64,000 nucleotides of DNA from Chitinivibrionales bacterium (GCA_038247415.1 JBBRUX010000016.1:1-64000), one strand, 5' to 3'. Numbered from the stretch's first letter, positions 20,856 through 31,748 are shown. Notes: generated by a model not told the origin, from the letters alone. Translations and numbers: made by a program.

Positions 20856-22340
20856 ATGAAAGATAAGAACTACGATTCTTTTTTTGATGAGAATCCCGAA
20901 GAGCAAAATAAACAAGATGCCCTTTTAGCATTGGTGGAAGAGCATACTGTCCCTCTCAAAATGAATGCTGCACGCGGTAAAAAAGTTACTGGTACGGTAG
21001 TGCGTATTGGTTTCGAATATCTATTTATTGATATAGGGACAAAAAATGAGGCCGTGATGTCGCGGGCAGAGTATCTTGCCGAAGATGGCACCGTGACATG
21101 TGCTTTAGGCGATACGATAACAGCTTTTGTCATTTCTACCAATGATAGCGAAACGATCCTCTCAAAATCGATGGGGACAAGTGGCGGAACTTCCGATCTT
21201 ATCGATGCCATGAAGGCCTCTATTCCGGTTATGGGCAAGGTATCTGCTGTCAATAAAGGTGGGCTAACCGTAACGCTCATGGGAAAAAGAGCCTTTTGTC
21301 CAATAAGCCAGATAGACCTTAAGTTTGTTGATGATGTAAATGTGTACTTGGGTAAATCGTTTCCCTTTATTATCCAGCGCGTAACCGAAGGTGGCAATAA
21401 TGTTGTGGTAAGCCGTGTGCCAGTTTTAGAACGGGAGCTTTCCGAACAGATACAAAAATTAAATGCCGATATCGAATCGCAGAAGGTATTTGAAGGCAAA
21501 ATTACCCGTATTGCTCCTTTTGGTTTGTTTGTTGACATTGGGCCACTTGAGGGTCTTGTTCATATTTCTGAAGTATCATGGGATCGCACCGAAAAACTTG
21601 AAACGCTCTATTCTGTTGGGCAGCGCCTTTCATGTATAATTTTATCTATAGATCTTAAAACTCCTGTACGCGATTCCAAGGTATCCCTTTCCATGCGCAA
21701 GGTGATGGGGGATCCTTGGTCCGTTATTCATCAAACATTTCAGGTTGGGCAGTCTGTGGCGGGGCACGTTACGCGCCTGGCGGATTTTGGTGCATTTGTC
21801 CGATTAACAAGTGGCATTGAGGGACTTGTTCATATTTCCGAAATGACCTGGGGAAAAAGAATACATCATCCAAAAGAAGTGGTTTTGGAAGGTGCCGATG
21901 TCATGGTTACTATTTTAGCAATTGACACCGATAAAAAAACCATATCACTCACGCTTAAAGATGAAACTGCCGATCCCTGGAAAGAAGCAGAAACAACCTA
22001 CCGCACCGGTACCGTGCACACCGGAACTGTTACCGGACAAGCGCGCTTTGGTTTTTTCCTCGATCTGTCGTTTGGCATAAGCGGCCTTTTGTTGCATCAG
22101 AACATAGATCCAGCAAAAAAGGATGCCGTTAAAATTGGTGCAACTATAGAAGTTACCGTAGAGAGTTTTGATTCGGCGCAACGCCGCATTGGTCTTTCGT
22201 ATGGTAAACGGGAAGTACAACAGAATGAAGCTGAAGTAGCAGAACTTTTGTCTAAGTTGGAATCCGAGAAAAAGGTTTCAACACAAGAAGCATCTGAGTT
22301 TGGATCTGCACTACTAGCTGCAATGAATAAAAAGAATTAA
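20856..22340 (+). CDS. Ribosomal protein S1-like multi-S1-domain protein
   Basis: About five S1 repeats (FGLFV, EGLVHISE, DPW). Confidence 0.85.
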   Translation: MKDKNYDSFFDENPEEQNKQDALLALVEEHTVPLKMNAARGKKVTGTVVRIGFEYLFIDIGTKNEAVMSRAEYLAEDGTVTCALGDTITAFVISTNDSETILSKSMGTSGGTSDLIDAMKASIPVMGKVSAVNKGGLTVTLMGKRAFCPISQIDLKFVDDVNVYLGKSFPFIIQRVTEGGNNVVVSRVPVLERELSEQIQKLNADIESQKVFEGKITRIAPFGLFVDIGPLEGLVHISEVSWDRTEKLETLYSVGQRLSCIILSIDLKTPVRDSKVSLSMRKVMGDPWSVIHQTFQVGQSVAGHVTRLADFGAFVRLTSGIEGLVHISEMTWGKRIHHPKEVVLEGADVMVTILAIDTDKKTISLTLKDETADPWKEAETTYRTGTVHTGTVTGQARFGFFLDLSFGISGLLLHQNIDPAKKDAVKIGATIEVTVESFDSAQRRIGLSYGKREVQQNEAEVAELLSKLESEKKVSTQEASEFGSALLAAMNKKN

Positions 22341-22353
22341 CGAGGAGTTTGTC

Positions 22354-23328
22354 ATGAAGGTTCTGGTTATTGGTGGTGCTGGATACATTGGAAGTCATGT
22401 CGTTCGTGCATTACTTGACGCGGGCAATACTGTAACGGTATTTGATAATTTATCGAGTGGATCAGAGGGAAATCTTTTTAAGGAAGCAACGTTTTTTAAA
22501 GGAGATATCCTTACCAGCTCAGATCTAGCGAAGGCAATGGCACAAGGGTTCGATGGAATGGTTCATTTGGCGGCATTTAAGGCTGCCGGAGAATCGATGA
22601 CAAATCCCGAAAAATATTCGGTCAATAATATTACTGGAACGCTTAATATTATTAATGCTGCATGCGCTGCTGATATTAAAAATATGGTTTTTTCGTCGTC
22701 GGCTGCGGTATATGGTGAACCTCAGTATTGTCCAATTGACGAAGCGCATCCGGTAAATCCTGAAAATTATTATGGATTTACAAAATTAGAAATAGAGCGA
22801 TTTTTGGCATGGTACGATAAGCTCAAATCCCTTCGGTATGCAGCTCTGCGGTATTTTAATGCGGCTGGCTATGATCCGCAAGGGCGTATTAGTGGGCTCG
22901 AACGTAATCCTGCAAATCTTCTTCCCATTGTTATGGAAGCTGCTATTGGCATGCGCGATCATATCGATTTATTTGGCAACGATTATGCAACACCCGATGG
23001 AACCTGCATTCGTGATTATGTGCATGTCTCGGATCTTGCTAATGCACATGTAGCAGCCCTTAATCATATTTCCACAACCAACACTTCGCTTCTTGTTAAT
23101 CTGGGATCTGAAGTGGGTATCAGCGTGACAGAAATGATTGATGTAGCCCGAAAAATTACCGGTAAACCAATTCCTGTCGTTATTAAAGGCCGGAGGGCCG
23201 GAGATCCTGCAAAGCTTGTTGCTTCTGCCAAAAAAGCGCATGAGGTACTTAACTTTAAGGCACAGCACAGTTCGGTTGAGTCGTTAATTGAGACAACTTG
23301 GAAAGTGTATTTGGCTAATAATAAGTAA
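22354..23328 (+). CDS. galE: UDP-glucose 4-epimerase
   Basis: GGAGYIGSH, FSSSAAVYG, YGFTK, RYFNAAG, DGTCIRDYVHV. Confidence 0.93.
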   Translation: MKVLVIGGAGYIGSHVVRALLDAGNTVTVFDNLSSGSEGNLFKEATFFKGDILTSSDLAKAMAQGFDGMVHLAAFKAAGESMTNPEKYSVNNITGTLNIINAACAADIKNMVFSSSAAVYGEPQYCPIDEAHPVNPENYYGFTKLEIERFLAWYDKLKSLRYAALRYFNAAGYDPQGRISGLERNPANLLPIVMEAAIGMRDHIDLFGNDYATPDGTCIRDYVHVSDLANAHVAALNHISTTNTSLLVNLGSEVGISVTEMIDVARKITGKPIPVVIKGRRAGDPAKLVASAKKAHEVLNFKAQHSSVESLIETTWKVYLANNK

Positions 23329-23358
23329 TTTTTTTTAAGCGGTAAGTTGATTAATGAT

Positions 23359-23396
23359 ATCTCTCTACAAAAATGTTTTGTAGAGAGATTTTTTTT
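23359..23396 (+). terminator. Terminator between convergent genes
   Basis: Perfect 14-bp stem ATCTCTCTACAAAA/TTTTGTAGAGAGAT plus T run. Confidence 0.75.
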
Positions 23397-24126
23397 ATCG
23401 TAAGCGAGGCATCGCTTTAGTAATTGCGGCAGAAAGAGCCTTGATCGCCGGCGGGGCATAAAATTGCCGCGAAAAGGTAACAAGGTCATCGTTCTTTGGT
23501 TTTTCTTTTTTAAAGAGAGAGTACAGAACCGGTTTTCCAGAAGAGCTCTGTTCCACTGATTCGTAAACAATCTCGCCGAGGGCATTATAAATTTGCATTT
23601 GGAATTGAGTTTGCGCTGAATAGGAAATGGGCCGCTCGTATACGCCCCCATTGTTTCGCCATGAGGGCGGTTGATACACGCGATGGATAATGGTGCAAGC
23701 ATAGGGAATTGCAACATACCCAGAAGTACAAGCGTTGGCAATATGCTTGATATAGTTAATGAATGCAGTATCGGGCACCTGTTTGGCGCCAAGCATCGAA
23801 GGCACTTGAACTGACTGCCGATGCAGCGAATCGGTGATACTGCTGTAACTTCTTTTAAAAGCAAATCGCTTTGCAAGCTCGTAGGGAACCAATCCATTAA
23901 TGGCCGAAATAAAAAACGAATCGGAAAATTGTCTAATTGGTTCGATGCGCGTGTTGTCGAAATATTTACTTGTCAAGGTCGATATCGGCACGTATACAAT
24001 CGAGCTAGTTTGCCCTGTTCTCAGCGGGCTTCGTGGGTTTTCGTAAAGAGTTTGGGCCCCCTGTACCACTATGCAAATGCCACAGAGTAGTAGGGTGCCA
24101 CTCAAGATTTTTTTAAAGACTCCCAT
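23395..24126 (-). CDS. Hypothetical exported protein
   Basis: 243 aa with signal-peptide-like N-terminus, follows prfB. Confidence 0.6.
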   Translation of the reverse strand: MGVFKKILSGTLLLCGICIVVQGAQTLYENPRSPLRTGQTSSIVYVPISTLTSKYFDNTRIEPIRQFSDSFFISAINGLVPYELAKRFAFKRSYSSITDSLHRQSVQVPSMLGAKQVPDTAFINYIKHIANACTSGYVAIPYACTIIHRVYQPPSWRNNGGVYERPISYSAQTQFQMQIYNALGEIVYESVEQSSSGKPVLYSLFKKEKPKNDDLVTFSRQFYAPPAIKALSAAITKAMPRLR

Positions 24127-24154
24127 GTACGTAAGCCTCGCTTATAGAAAGTGT

Positions 24155-25253
24155 TTATTGAAATTCGAGAAGGTATTTTTCGATAAACATATGGATATCT
24201 CCATCTAAAACACCTTGTGTATTTGACGTTTCTGCTTCGGTTCTGTGGTCTTTGACCATATTATAGGGATGCAAGACATAACTGCGTATTTGAGAACCCC
24301 ACTCGATCTTTTTCTTTTCTAAGAGTTTACCCGATCGCTCTTTTTCTTCTTGCTCTTTTGTATATTGACGAACGCGAGCTTTAAGCATGCGCATACACGT
24401 AGCCCGGTTCTTGATCTGGGATCGTTCATTTTGACACTGGACAACAATATTTGTAGGAATATGGGTCATGCGGACAGCAGAGTCGGTTTTGTTGATGTGC
24501 TGGCCACCCGCACCGCTTGCGCGATAGGTGTCGATACGTATTTCATTTTCATCGATTTCAAAATCACCGGTTTCTTCGACCAGAGGATATGAATATACCG
24601 AAGAGAATGAGGTGTGCCGGCGAGCATTACTATCAAACGGGGAGATTCGTACGAGTCTATGTACGCCACACTCTGCTCGTAAATGGCCATACACATACGA
24701 TCCTTGCACTTCCATTTCGACACTTTTAATACCCGCTTCTTCGCCGGGCTGAATATCCATAATGGTATATGAAAAACCTTTTCGTTCCATCCAACGACAG
24801 TACATCCGAAAGAGCATATCGGTCCAGTCGCAGGATTCTGTTCCGCCTGCACCGCTATGAATCGAAAGAATAGCAGGGGAATCATCATCTTCACCCGAGA
24901 GCATGCGCAAAAATTCGAGATTGTCGATTGCTTTGCCAATTGCCGCTGTTTCCTGGGCTACTTCAGCCAGCGTTTCTTCATCGTTCTCTGCAATTGCAAG
25001 CTCATACAGCCCAATTGCATCTTCACACATTTGATGGACTCGTTGCCAATTATCAATAGATTTTTTAAGATCTTTTATTTTTTTAGAAACTTCTTGTGCT
25101 TTTTTGGAGCTATTCCAGAATTCGGGGTCTGTCGTTAGTGATTCGAGGGTACGCATTTCAGAGGATTTTGCCTCTATGTCAAAGATACCCCCGTAGGTTT
25201 GCAATGCGCTCGCTCATAGTCTTAAGAGTACTGTTGTCAATAAAGGTAGCCAT
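24155..25253 (-). CDS. prfB: Peptide chain release factor 2 (programmed +1 frameshift)
   Basis: SPF and GGQ motifs; 24-codon first frame MATFIDNSTLKTMSERIANLRGYL ends at CTT TGA C, then continues DIEAK in the +1 frame. Confidence 0.96.
25178..25192 (-). promoter_or_regulatory. prfB +1 frameshift signal
   Basis: GGGGG TAT CTT TGA C: internal SD plus slippery Leu-stop. Confidence 0.92.
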
Positions 25254-25452
25254 AGCAAAAATGCTCCATGAAAAGGTTATCGGTCATCAAAAAAAACACC
25301 AGATAAAATACATACTGCAAGCATAAGAACCGTGCAATTAAACGAGCCCATGAAAAAATTCTGAAATGTAGAGCAAAATGTTGTGTGAGAAATCATTTTT
25401 GTAAGAAGTACTTTGTTTCATCGCATCAAACCTTACTCAGGGATACTCTTGT

Positions 25453-26646
25453 ATGGCCCCACAGTCTGTTAGAGTTGGCTTAGAAGTGTTTCTCGAATCG
25501 TTTCCAAAATCGCTTAAGGGAAAACGCCTGGGCGTTCTGTGTCATCATGCTTCGGTTGTTCAGGATTATCAGCATATTGTCGATCTGCTTGCTGCGCGTT
25601 CCGATTGCACCCTCGGAGCACTTTTTGGTCCGCAACATGGGCTTTATGGTCAAACCCAAGATAATATGGTTGAGTGGGAAGGGGAGTTGCATCCTCGCCT
25701 CCAAATTCCTGTGTATAGCTTATACGGGAAAAACAGAACCCCCACCATGCCTATGCTGCAACATATCGATGCCCTGATTATCGATCTGATGGACGTTGGT
25801 GCGCGTCCGTATACGTATGTCTGGACTATCAAGAATTGCTGTATTGCGTGTGCCGAAGCGGGAATCCCAATTTTTATTCTCGATCGTCCTAACCCAATTG
25901 GTTTACTAGCGCTCGATGGCCCTATGCTTTCCAAAGAATATTTTTCGTTTGTGGGAGGGGCAGAAATTCCGTTGTGTCACAAAATGACACTCGGAGAAAT
26001 TGCTCTTTTTGTCAAACAAGAATATATTCCTGCCGTGGAACTTCATGTTGTGCGGATGGAAGGCTGGAAACGCGACTCGTTATTTAGCGATACTGGATTA
26101 TCGTGGGTATTCCCGTCGCCGAATATGCCGATGCTTGATACAGCACTCGTGTACCCAGGACAAGTCCTTTTGGAAGCTACTAATCTTTCTGAAGGGCGTG
26201 GAACAACGCGACCCTTTGAAATTTGCGGGGCGCCATACTTAGACCAGCATCTGTTTTTAGAAAAATTAAATAAGTCTAATTTACCAGGTGTTGTATTTCG
26301 TGAACATGGGTTTATTCCAACATTCCAGAAATGGGCAGGAATAATGTGTGCCGGCATTCAGATGCATGTTACCAATCCGGCGAAATATGTGCCGGTAGTA
26401 ACTACTGCAGCATTACTTGTTGCTGCCAAAGAAGCTTCTGCTGGAGCATTTGCCTTTAAAGAGCCCCCGTACGAATACGAAACAGTAAAGATGCCATTTG
26501 ACATTTTGGCAGGGGATGATAGTTTTCGTACTGCGATAAATGCCGGTGTCGATCCGCAAGAATTGCGAGAAGGATGGAAAAAAAGTTACAAAGCATTTGC
26601 CGAAGGCTCATCTTCCTGGACGCTTTATGGGGAGATCGACTCGTGA
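25453..26646 (+). CDS. Exo-beta-N-acetylmuramidase NamZ / DUF1343 family
   Basis: FGPQHG, VYSLYG, DLMDVGARPYTY, LDRPNP, PSPNMP, SEGRGTTRPFE; no signal peptide. Confidence 0.88.
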   Translation: MAPQSVRVGLEVFLESFPKSLKGKRLGVLCHHASVVQDYQHIVDLLAARSDCTLGALFGPQHGLYGQTQDNMVEWEGELHPRLQIPVYSLYGKNRTPTMPMLQHIDALIIDLMDVGARPYTYVWTIKNCCIACAEAGIPIFILDRPNPIGLLALDGPMLSKEYFSFVGGAEIPLCHKMTLGEIALFVKQEYIPAVELHVVRMEGWKRDSLFSDTGLSWVFPSPNMPMLDTALVYPGQVLLEATNLSEGRGTTRPFEICGAPYLDQHLFLEKLNKSNLPGVVFREHGFIPTFQKWAGIMCAGIQMHVTNPAKYVPVVTTAALLVAAKEASAGAFAFKEPPYEYETVKMPFDILAGDDSFRTAINAGVDPQELREGWKKSYKAFAEGSSSWTLYGEIDS

Positions 26647-27572
26647 AAGGGTTTGTACTTGCTGCTGGGTTTGGCACACGCCTCAAACCGCTCACCGATC
26701 ATATCCCTAAGGCACTTTCTAAGGTGTGCGGCGTTCCCTTGCTTTCGTATTGGCTCGAAAAATTGGCTGCTTCGTCAATTGAATCTATTATTGTCAATAC
26801 TCATTATTGCGCAGACCAAATTCTTGCTCATCAAAAAGCTTCTCCGGTTTCCTACGTTTGCTCGCATGAATATCCCGATATTTTAGGGACGGGAGGGGCA
26901 TTGTACCATGCACGGGCATTTCTTATTGAAGATGAGTGTTGCATTGTGTGCAATGTTGATATTGTGACAGATGTAAACCTAACAGAAATAGTGCAACAAT
27001 TCCGTGCCTCGGGGCTTATGGTGGGTTTGGTGGCAACAAAACCTGCAGGTAAAGGAACCATCTATATTGATGCAACAAACGGTGCATATAAAGGAACTAT
27101 CAAGAAGCCACTTGATAGTCAAGCATGGGACACCTTGGATTTTATTGGGATTACGCTCTATCGTCGTGAGTTTTTTAACTTTTTAACGAGCCAAGATTTT
27201 TCGGTTGTTGATGTTTGGAATAGACTTGCACACGGCGGAAATCCAATTGGTGTCATTACGACTACGCAATGCTATTGGCACGATACGGGCACCCCACATG
27301 AGTTGGCAGCAGCGTATTTTGACATTCTGGCGGGAAAGCTTTCGTGGCAGATACCTGCATCGATGCATCTTGACACAACGCTGCAATGTGCATGGCCTGC
27401 AGCCATGGGTTGCACTCCCCCGGTTTTTTTGAAAGAGCGTTGTTGGATAGAATCGATTCCTCCGTCAGGTGATAGTTGTTATTCGAATTGTATAATACTT
27501 GCAGAGAGCAAAGATATTAACCGCACCATCGATCATGAAATGGTAACACCGTATGGAAATTTCGTTTGCTGA
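26643..27572 (+). CDS. Sugar-phosphate nucleotidyltransferase (MurU-like)
   Basis: LAAGFGTRLKPLT..PK, VNTHY, LGTGG, WHDTGTP; GTGA overlap with the upstream gene. Confidence 0.8.
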   Translation: MKGFVLAAGFGTRLKPLTDHIPKALSKVCGVPLLSYWLEKLAASSIESIIVNTHYCADQILAHQKASPVSYVCSHEYPDILGTGGALYHARAFLIEDECCIVCNVDIVTDVNLTEIVQQFRASGLMVGLVATKPAGKGTIYIDATNGAYKGTIKKPLDSQAWDTLDFIGITLYRREFFNFLTSQDFSVVDVWNRLAHGGNPIGVITTTQCYWHDTGTPHELAAAYFDILAGKLSWQIPASMHLDTTLQCAWPAAMGCTPPVFLKERCWIESIPPSGDSCYSNCIILAESKDINRTIDHEMVTPYGNFVC

Positions 27573-28578
27573 TTCAGAACCGATCGTTTTAACTCCTGCT
27601 CAACAAGCTTTTGTACTTGAGCATCGGCCAGATTTTGCGCCACAAACTCATATTGTGACATTAGCAGGGTATGCAGGTTCCGATCGCCGATTTTATCGGA
27701 TCAGTCCCATTGTAGCGCCAGCTCAATCGGTTATTCTTATGGTGTGGCAAAGCATCGACCCCGATTGGCACCGCTTTATAGAAATCCCTGGTGAAATCGG
27801 GAATTGTGCGCGTTTCTTGCCCCAGATATATGCTGTTGATGAACCCCATGGTCTCGTTATCGAAGAAGATCTGGGAGATATCACGCTGTGCAGTCATTGT
27901 TTACGGCACGGAGATGATGGCCGGGTAGCACTAGCGAACTATCAACGTGTGATTGATGCCCTTATTGCCTGGCAAGAAATCGATGTAGAGCATGCACCAA
28001 CAATCAGCAGCCGATCTATGGACGAAGAAATGTTCATTTGGGAAAGTGATTATTTTGCGCTTCACTGTGTAAGCGAATTTTATGGCTGCGACAAAGGGCT
28101 TTCGGGTGAGTGGCACAAAGAACGACTTGCGCTCGCGTCAATGGCGTCTCGCTTTCAAACAGTCTGTATACACCGCGATTTTCAATCCGAAAATATTTTG
28201 CTCGATAATGATGCAATCCGATTTGTGGATTATCAAGGCGCCCGTCGTGGTCCACGGGGATACGATTTGGCTTCTCTGATTTATGATCCGTATGTAGATG
28301 TGCTTACCCCCTCTTTTTCTTTGCAGTGCTTTGAATACTATCAATCGATGAGCCGCTACCAAATCTCGCAAGAGGAGTTTAATGTGTGTGCTGCGCAACG
28401 ATTAATGCAAGCACTTGGAGCGTATGGCAATTTGTCAATTCATAAAGGAAAAGACCGCTACCGTCAATTTCTCCCCGTTGCTCTTAAGCGGTTGCATCAC
28501 GTTTTGTCTGCAATGGACGACGTAACGCATCTTACAGGGGTTGTTGCCGCATGTATAGAAAAAAGCAGCATGGCCTAA
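27553..28578 (+). CDS. APH-fold anomeric sugar kinase (AmgK-like)
   Basis: GSDRRFYR, EDLGD, HRDFQSENI, DYQGAR.GP..YDLASL, QRLMQALGAY. Confidence 0.82.
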   Translation: MEISFADSEPIVLTPAQQAFVLEHRPDFAPQTHIVTLAGYAGSDRRFYRISPIVAPAQSVILMVWQSIDPDWHRFIEIPGEIGNCARFLPQIYAVDEPHGLVIEEDLGDITLCSHCLRHGDDGRVALANYQRVIDALIAWQEIDVEHAPTISSRSMDEEMFIWESDYFALHCVSEFYGCDKGLSGEWHKERLALASMASRFQTVCIHRDFQSENILLDNDAIRFVDYQGARRGPRGYDLASLIYDPYVDVLTPSFSLQCFEYYQSMSRYQISQEEFNVCAAQRLMQALGAYGNLSIHKGKDRYRQFLPVALKRLHHVLSAMDDVTHLTGVVAACIEKSSMA

Positions 28579-28734
28579 CCTCTTAGAATGCTCTCAAAAT
28601 GCAGAGCTAGTTCCAACGAGTTGGCCTTGCACACGCATAATTCATTTAATTGCGTATTAAGTTGCTTTGAGGCAGGTTCGCATAGCATTTTCATAGTATG
28701 TTTTTTTGTACCATTTTTTGCAAAGGATGAATCT

Positions 28735-29124
28735 ATGAACCGAATCAAGAATCTCATTGCTTTGGGTTGTTTAAGTATGCTTGCAGCGTGTGGGTCTCAA
28801 TCGCCCGTATTAATGCAGGTGTCGGGCAATACTGCCCAGGCACTCAAAGCACAATGCGCTCAGGCTATGGTGCAGGGGCCAGAAATCAAACTGGCAGATT
28901 CATTGGTTTCTTCTGCAGCTCTGTTAGCAGAAAAGAAAAAGATGGTTGAAGCTATTCAAACCTATGACAATGCCACCGTGCTTTATAGAATTGCTCTTCT
29001 TCGACGTGAGCAATTGGTTGCGGAAAAGGATATTCAAAATCTTGAGAAGTCGGTTTCTATGGCTCAATCTCAACGGGATACGTATAATCGGGTTTTGGTT
29101 GAACTTAAAAACATGAAGAAATAG
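28735..29124 (+). CDS. Helical lipoprotein
   Basis: MNRIKNLIALGCLSMLAAC lipobox, coiled-coil C-terminus, AAGGA RBS. Confidence 0.7.
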   Translation: MNRIKNLIALGCLSMLAACGSQSPVLMQVSGNTAQALKAQCAQAMVQGPEIKLADSLVSSAALLAEKKKMVEAIQTYDNATVLYRIALLRREQLVAEKDIQNLEKSVSMAQSQRDTYNRVLVELKNMKK

Positions 29125-29164
29125 TATTTGTTCCTTACTGTAAACTTTTTTAAAAGGAAAAATT

Positions 29165-30157
29165 ATGAATGCACGCTCTAGAATATCGCTTCTTATCCTT
29201 AGTATAATGCCTCTTTCTCTTCTTGCTGCCGAAGCCGCTATTCCATCAACACAAGGGAAATCTGCAGTAGCTGCAAAACCTGCGTCGAGTGCACTTGTCG
29301 TATCGCATTCTCCTCAAGCGCTTCTTGCAAAAATTGATGCTGCTACCAAAGGGGTTGACGCCGCAATAGTTTCAAAGAGTACTCTTACAACCGAAGCACG
29401 CTCTACCATTGGTGCATATAAAATTGCTTATGATAAGGATTCCAGCTTAAAAAAAATAGGCTCCTTTTTTACCTCCTGCTCATTAGTAACCGAAGGAGCC
29501 GTTCTGGATGTGGCAGTTTTAGTTTCAAAAGAGAAAATTTCTTCTCTTGTGCGCAAGCACAATGCAATTCTTATTGAGCTTAATGAGATTCACGAAAAAA
29601 TTATTGCGGAAGAACGGTCTAATGCCCTACGCTTTAAGGAAGCAATGACCGCCGATCTCGACTCTACAAAGCGCAAATCCGAAGAATTGCGTTTAGAAGC
29701 AGAGCGTAGCAAAGCCGAGTCGGAACGCCGTAGGCTGGAATCGGAAAAAAGATTTTCCGAATTGCAAAGTACGTTCATTCAGGTGAAAACCGATGCCCGC
29801 GGAACCATTATTTCAATGTCGGATATTCTCTTTGACGTGGGCAAAGCAACGCTCACCGCTGATCTCAAAACCAGCTTAGCGAAAATTGCTGGTATTTTGC
29901 TGGTTTTTAAAGATTCCCGTATCGGCATAGAAGGCCATACTGACAATGTTGGGTCCGAAGCATATAACCAAGATTTGTCGGAAAAGCGCGCCAAGGCGGT
30001 ACTTGATTTTCTCGTTGTTCAGGGCATTTCGGAAGAACGTCTCTCCTCTGTCGGGTATGGATTTTCTAAGCCGGTAGCAGATAATGCCACCAAAGAGGGG
30101 CGTCAAAAAAATCGACGCGTTGATCTTGTTATTCAGGAGAAAAAAGTCGCAAATTAA
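29165..30157 (+). CDS. OmpA-family peptidoglycan-binding protein with coiled coil
   Basis: ILFDVGKA, IEGHTDNVG, LSEKRA, NRRVD. Confidence 0.9.
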   Translation: MNARSRISLLILSIMPLSLLAAEAAIPSTQGKSAVAAKPASSALVVSHSPQALLAKIDAATKGVDAAIVSKSTLTTEARSTIGAYKIAYDKDSSLKKIGSFFTSCSLVTEGAVLDVAVLVSKEKISSLVRKHNAILIELNEIHEKIIAEERSNALRFKEAMTADLDSTKRKSEELRLEAERSKAESERRRLESEKRFSELQSTFIQVKTDARGTIISMSDILFDVGKATLTADLKTSLAKIAGILLVFKDSRIGIEGHTDNVGSEAYNQDLSEKRAKAVLDFLVVQGISEERLSSVGYGFSKPVADNATKEGRQKNRRVDLVIQEKKVAN

Positions 30158-30815
30158 GCGCTCTTTCAAAGAGATTGAGTGCTAAAATCACCTGCGCCGA
30201 AGTGGCTTCCACTTCGGCTTCTTGTGCTGTTTTGAGCACCACGGTAAGCGATTCCCCTTCTTCTTGATTTCCGCAAAATTTCCCCTTAAACGATTCGAAT
30301 TCCTTCGAGTCAACAATAAGATCGCACCCATAGATAAATAATGCTTCATCGTGAAGACCTATTGATGTATATAATGGCTTATCCCAAAGGGGAACCAGTG
30401 CTTCTGCACTAATGGAAATCCCAGCTTCTTCGTAGAGTTCGTTTAAAGCAACACTCACAGGATCGTTGATTGCTGTATCGAGCATGCCTGCGGGGAATTC
30501 CAGGCTTGGTGCGCCGTTGCCAACCCTATTTTGAATGACCATGACAAAACGAGATTCTCCGGTATCACGGTTTTTGATGCGCGGAACGATAACGCATGCG
30601 TGCCCACGAACTAAGGCGTAGCGCAAAAGCGGCGCTCCATCGGATCCTGCGCCATCGAGGTTGAATAATCCAAACAGAAATTCTCCATTATGTTTATACA
30701 AAAGAGAAATGGGTGAGATTGCGTTGATGGTGCAACCGTGGCTTTTAAGGGTTTTAAGCCAATCCTGGTATTTTGGCTCGAGCGTATAGTTTTGTGGGTC
30801 TTTATTCATGAGCAT
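30129..30815 (-). CDS. NUDIX hydrolase (ADP-sugar pyrophosphatase-like)
   Basis: EFPAGMLD...ALNELYEEAG Nudix box. Confidence 0.82.
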   Translation of the reverse strand: MLMNKDPQNYTLEPKYQDWLKTLKSHGCTINAISPISLLYKHNGEFLFGLFNLDGAGSDGAPLLRYALVRGHACVIVPRIKNRDTGESRFVMVIQNRVGNGAPSLEFPAGMLDTAINDPVSVALNELYEEAGISISAEALVPLWDKPLYTSIGLHDEALFIYGCDLIVDSKEFESFKGKFCGNQEEGESLTVVLKTAQEAEVEATSAQVILALNLFERALNLRLFSPE

Positions 30816-31014
30816 AAAATAGAGGATGAGAGGGAAAACTGCAAGATGAACCTTTGGCCCTGGGCAAATCAGGGCAAAACAGATACCCTGCCTAATCCAT
30901 AAGATTGCTGTATTCTTAAGAATTCAATCAATTTACAAGGCGCTTGGATAAGTCAAAATTACGTGATATAGTATTATTAGTGAAGAACTTATTCTCATTC
31001 ATAAAGGGGTCACT

Positions 31015-31627
31015 ATGCGTGTAACATCTCTTGTTGTGGTAGCTTCTACGGCTGTTGCAAGTTGCTTTTTTGCATGCAAGTGGGGAGCAGAGCCTTTAAA
31101 AGCCGAAGCCTCAATTCTTTTTGTTCGGGACAGCGAAGGGAATAAAGCGTTTTATGCTTCCCCTGATCAAGGACAAAATATAGCTTTCACTGTTACAAGG
31201 TATGATTTTAGGGACACAAATTATGCGGTATCCGCATTTGCAGATGATTCTGGCAGACTTTCTAGTTTACTGACTCGGGTTTTGGATAATAAAGTTTCGA
31301 TAGAGGGAGATTTTACTCAATCAACGCTTCCAACAGGATCGTGGGTGAGGAAGTGTTGCTGCTGATTCTGCAAAGCTCGATTCGATGAAAACCCTGGTAT
31401 CAGAAGCAAGTAATGGTCCCTTTACAGAAGACCCTCCCATGATGGCGGACGCAGGGATACCACAACATACGGCATTTCTTTACGACAGCACTAAAGGAGG
31501 GTATCGAGAAATTCTCCTCTCCCAAAATGGAGATGTATCTATTAGCAATGAGTCTCCTGCTGCAAAGAAGTTGGTTGCATGGCCCAGTGTACTTGATACG
31601 CTCCCGATAAGAATTATTTATTATTGA
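31015..31627 (+). pseudogene. Probable disrupted lipoprotein (two fragments)
   Basis: Lipoprotein-like N-terminus (FFAC); the first ORF ends abnormally (RKCCC*), and the second frame is open from 31349 to 31627. Confidence 0.4.
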
Positions 31628-31748
31628 AAAAACCTTTGAGTGCGATAGTGCATGAGCAAAATCGCCGGGATTTTTTTAGTACCCTCCTGCTTAGTGTATA
31701 TTTTTACCGTAGGGTGTTTGTATTTTTTTTTCGCCTGAGGGTAACTAT

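Noticed and set aside
23064..23897. 277-aa minus-strand ORF
   Set aside because: Alternative frame of 23395..24126 that runs antisense into galE and lacks recognisable features.
30855..30895. GGGCAAA-containing hairpin resembling a c-di-GMP-I riboswitch
   Set aside because: The GAAA-tetraloop stem and downstream GCAAAG element are missing.
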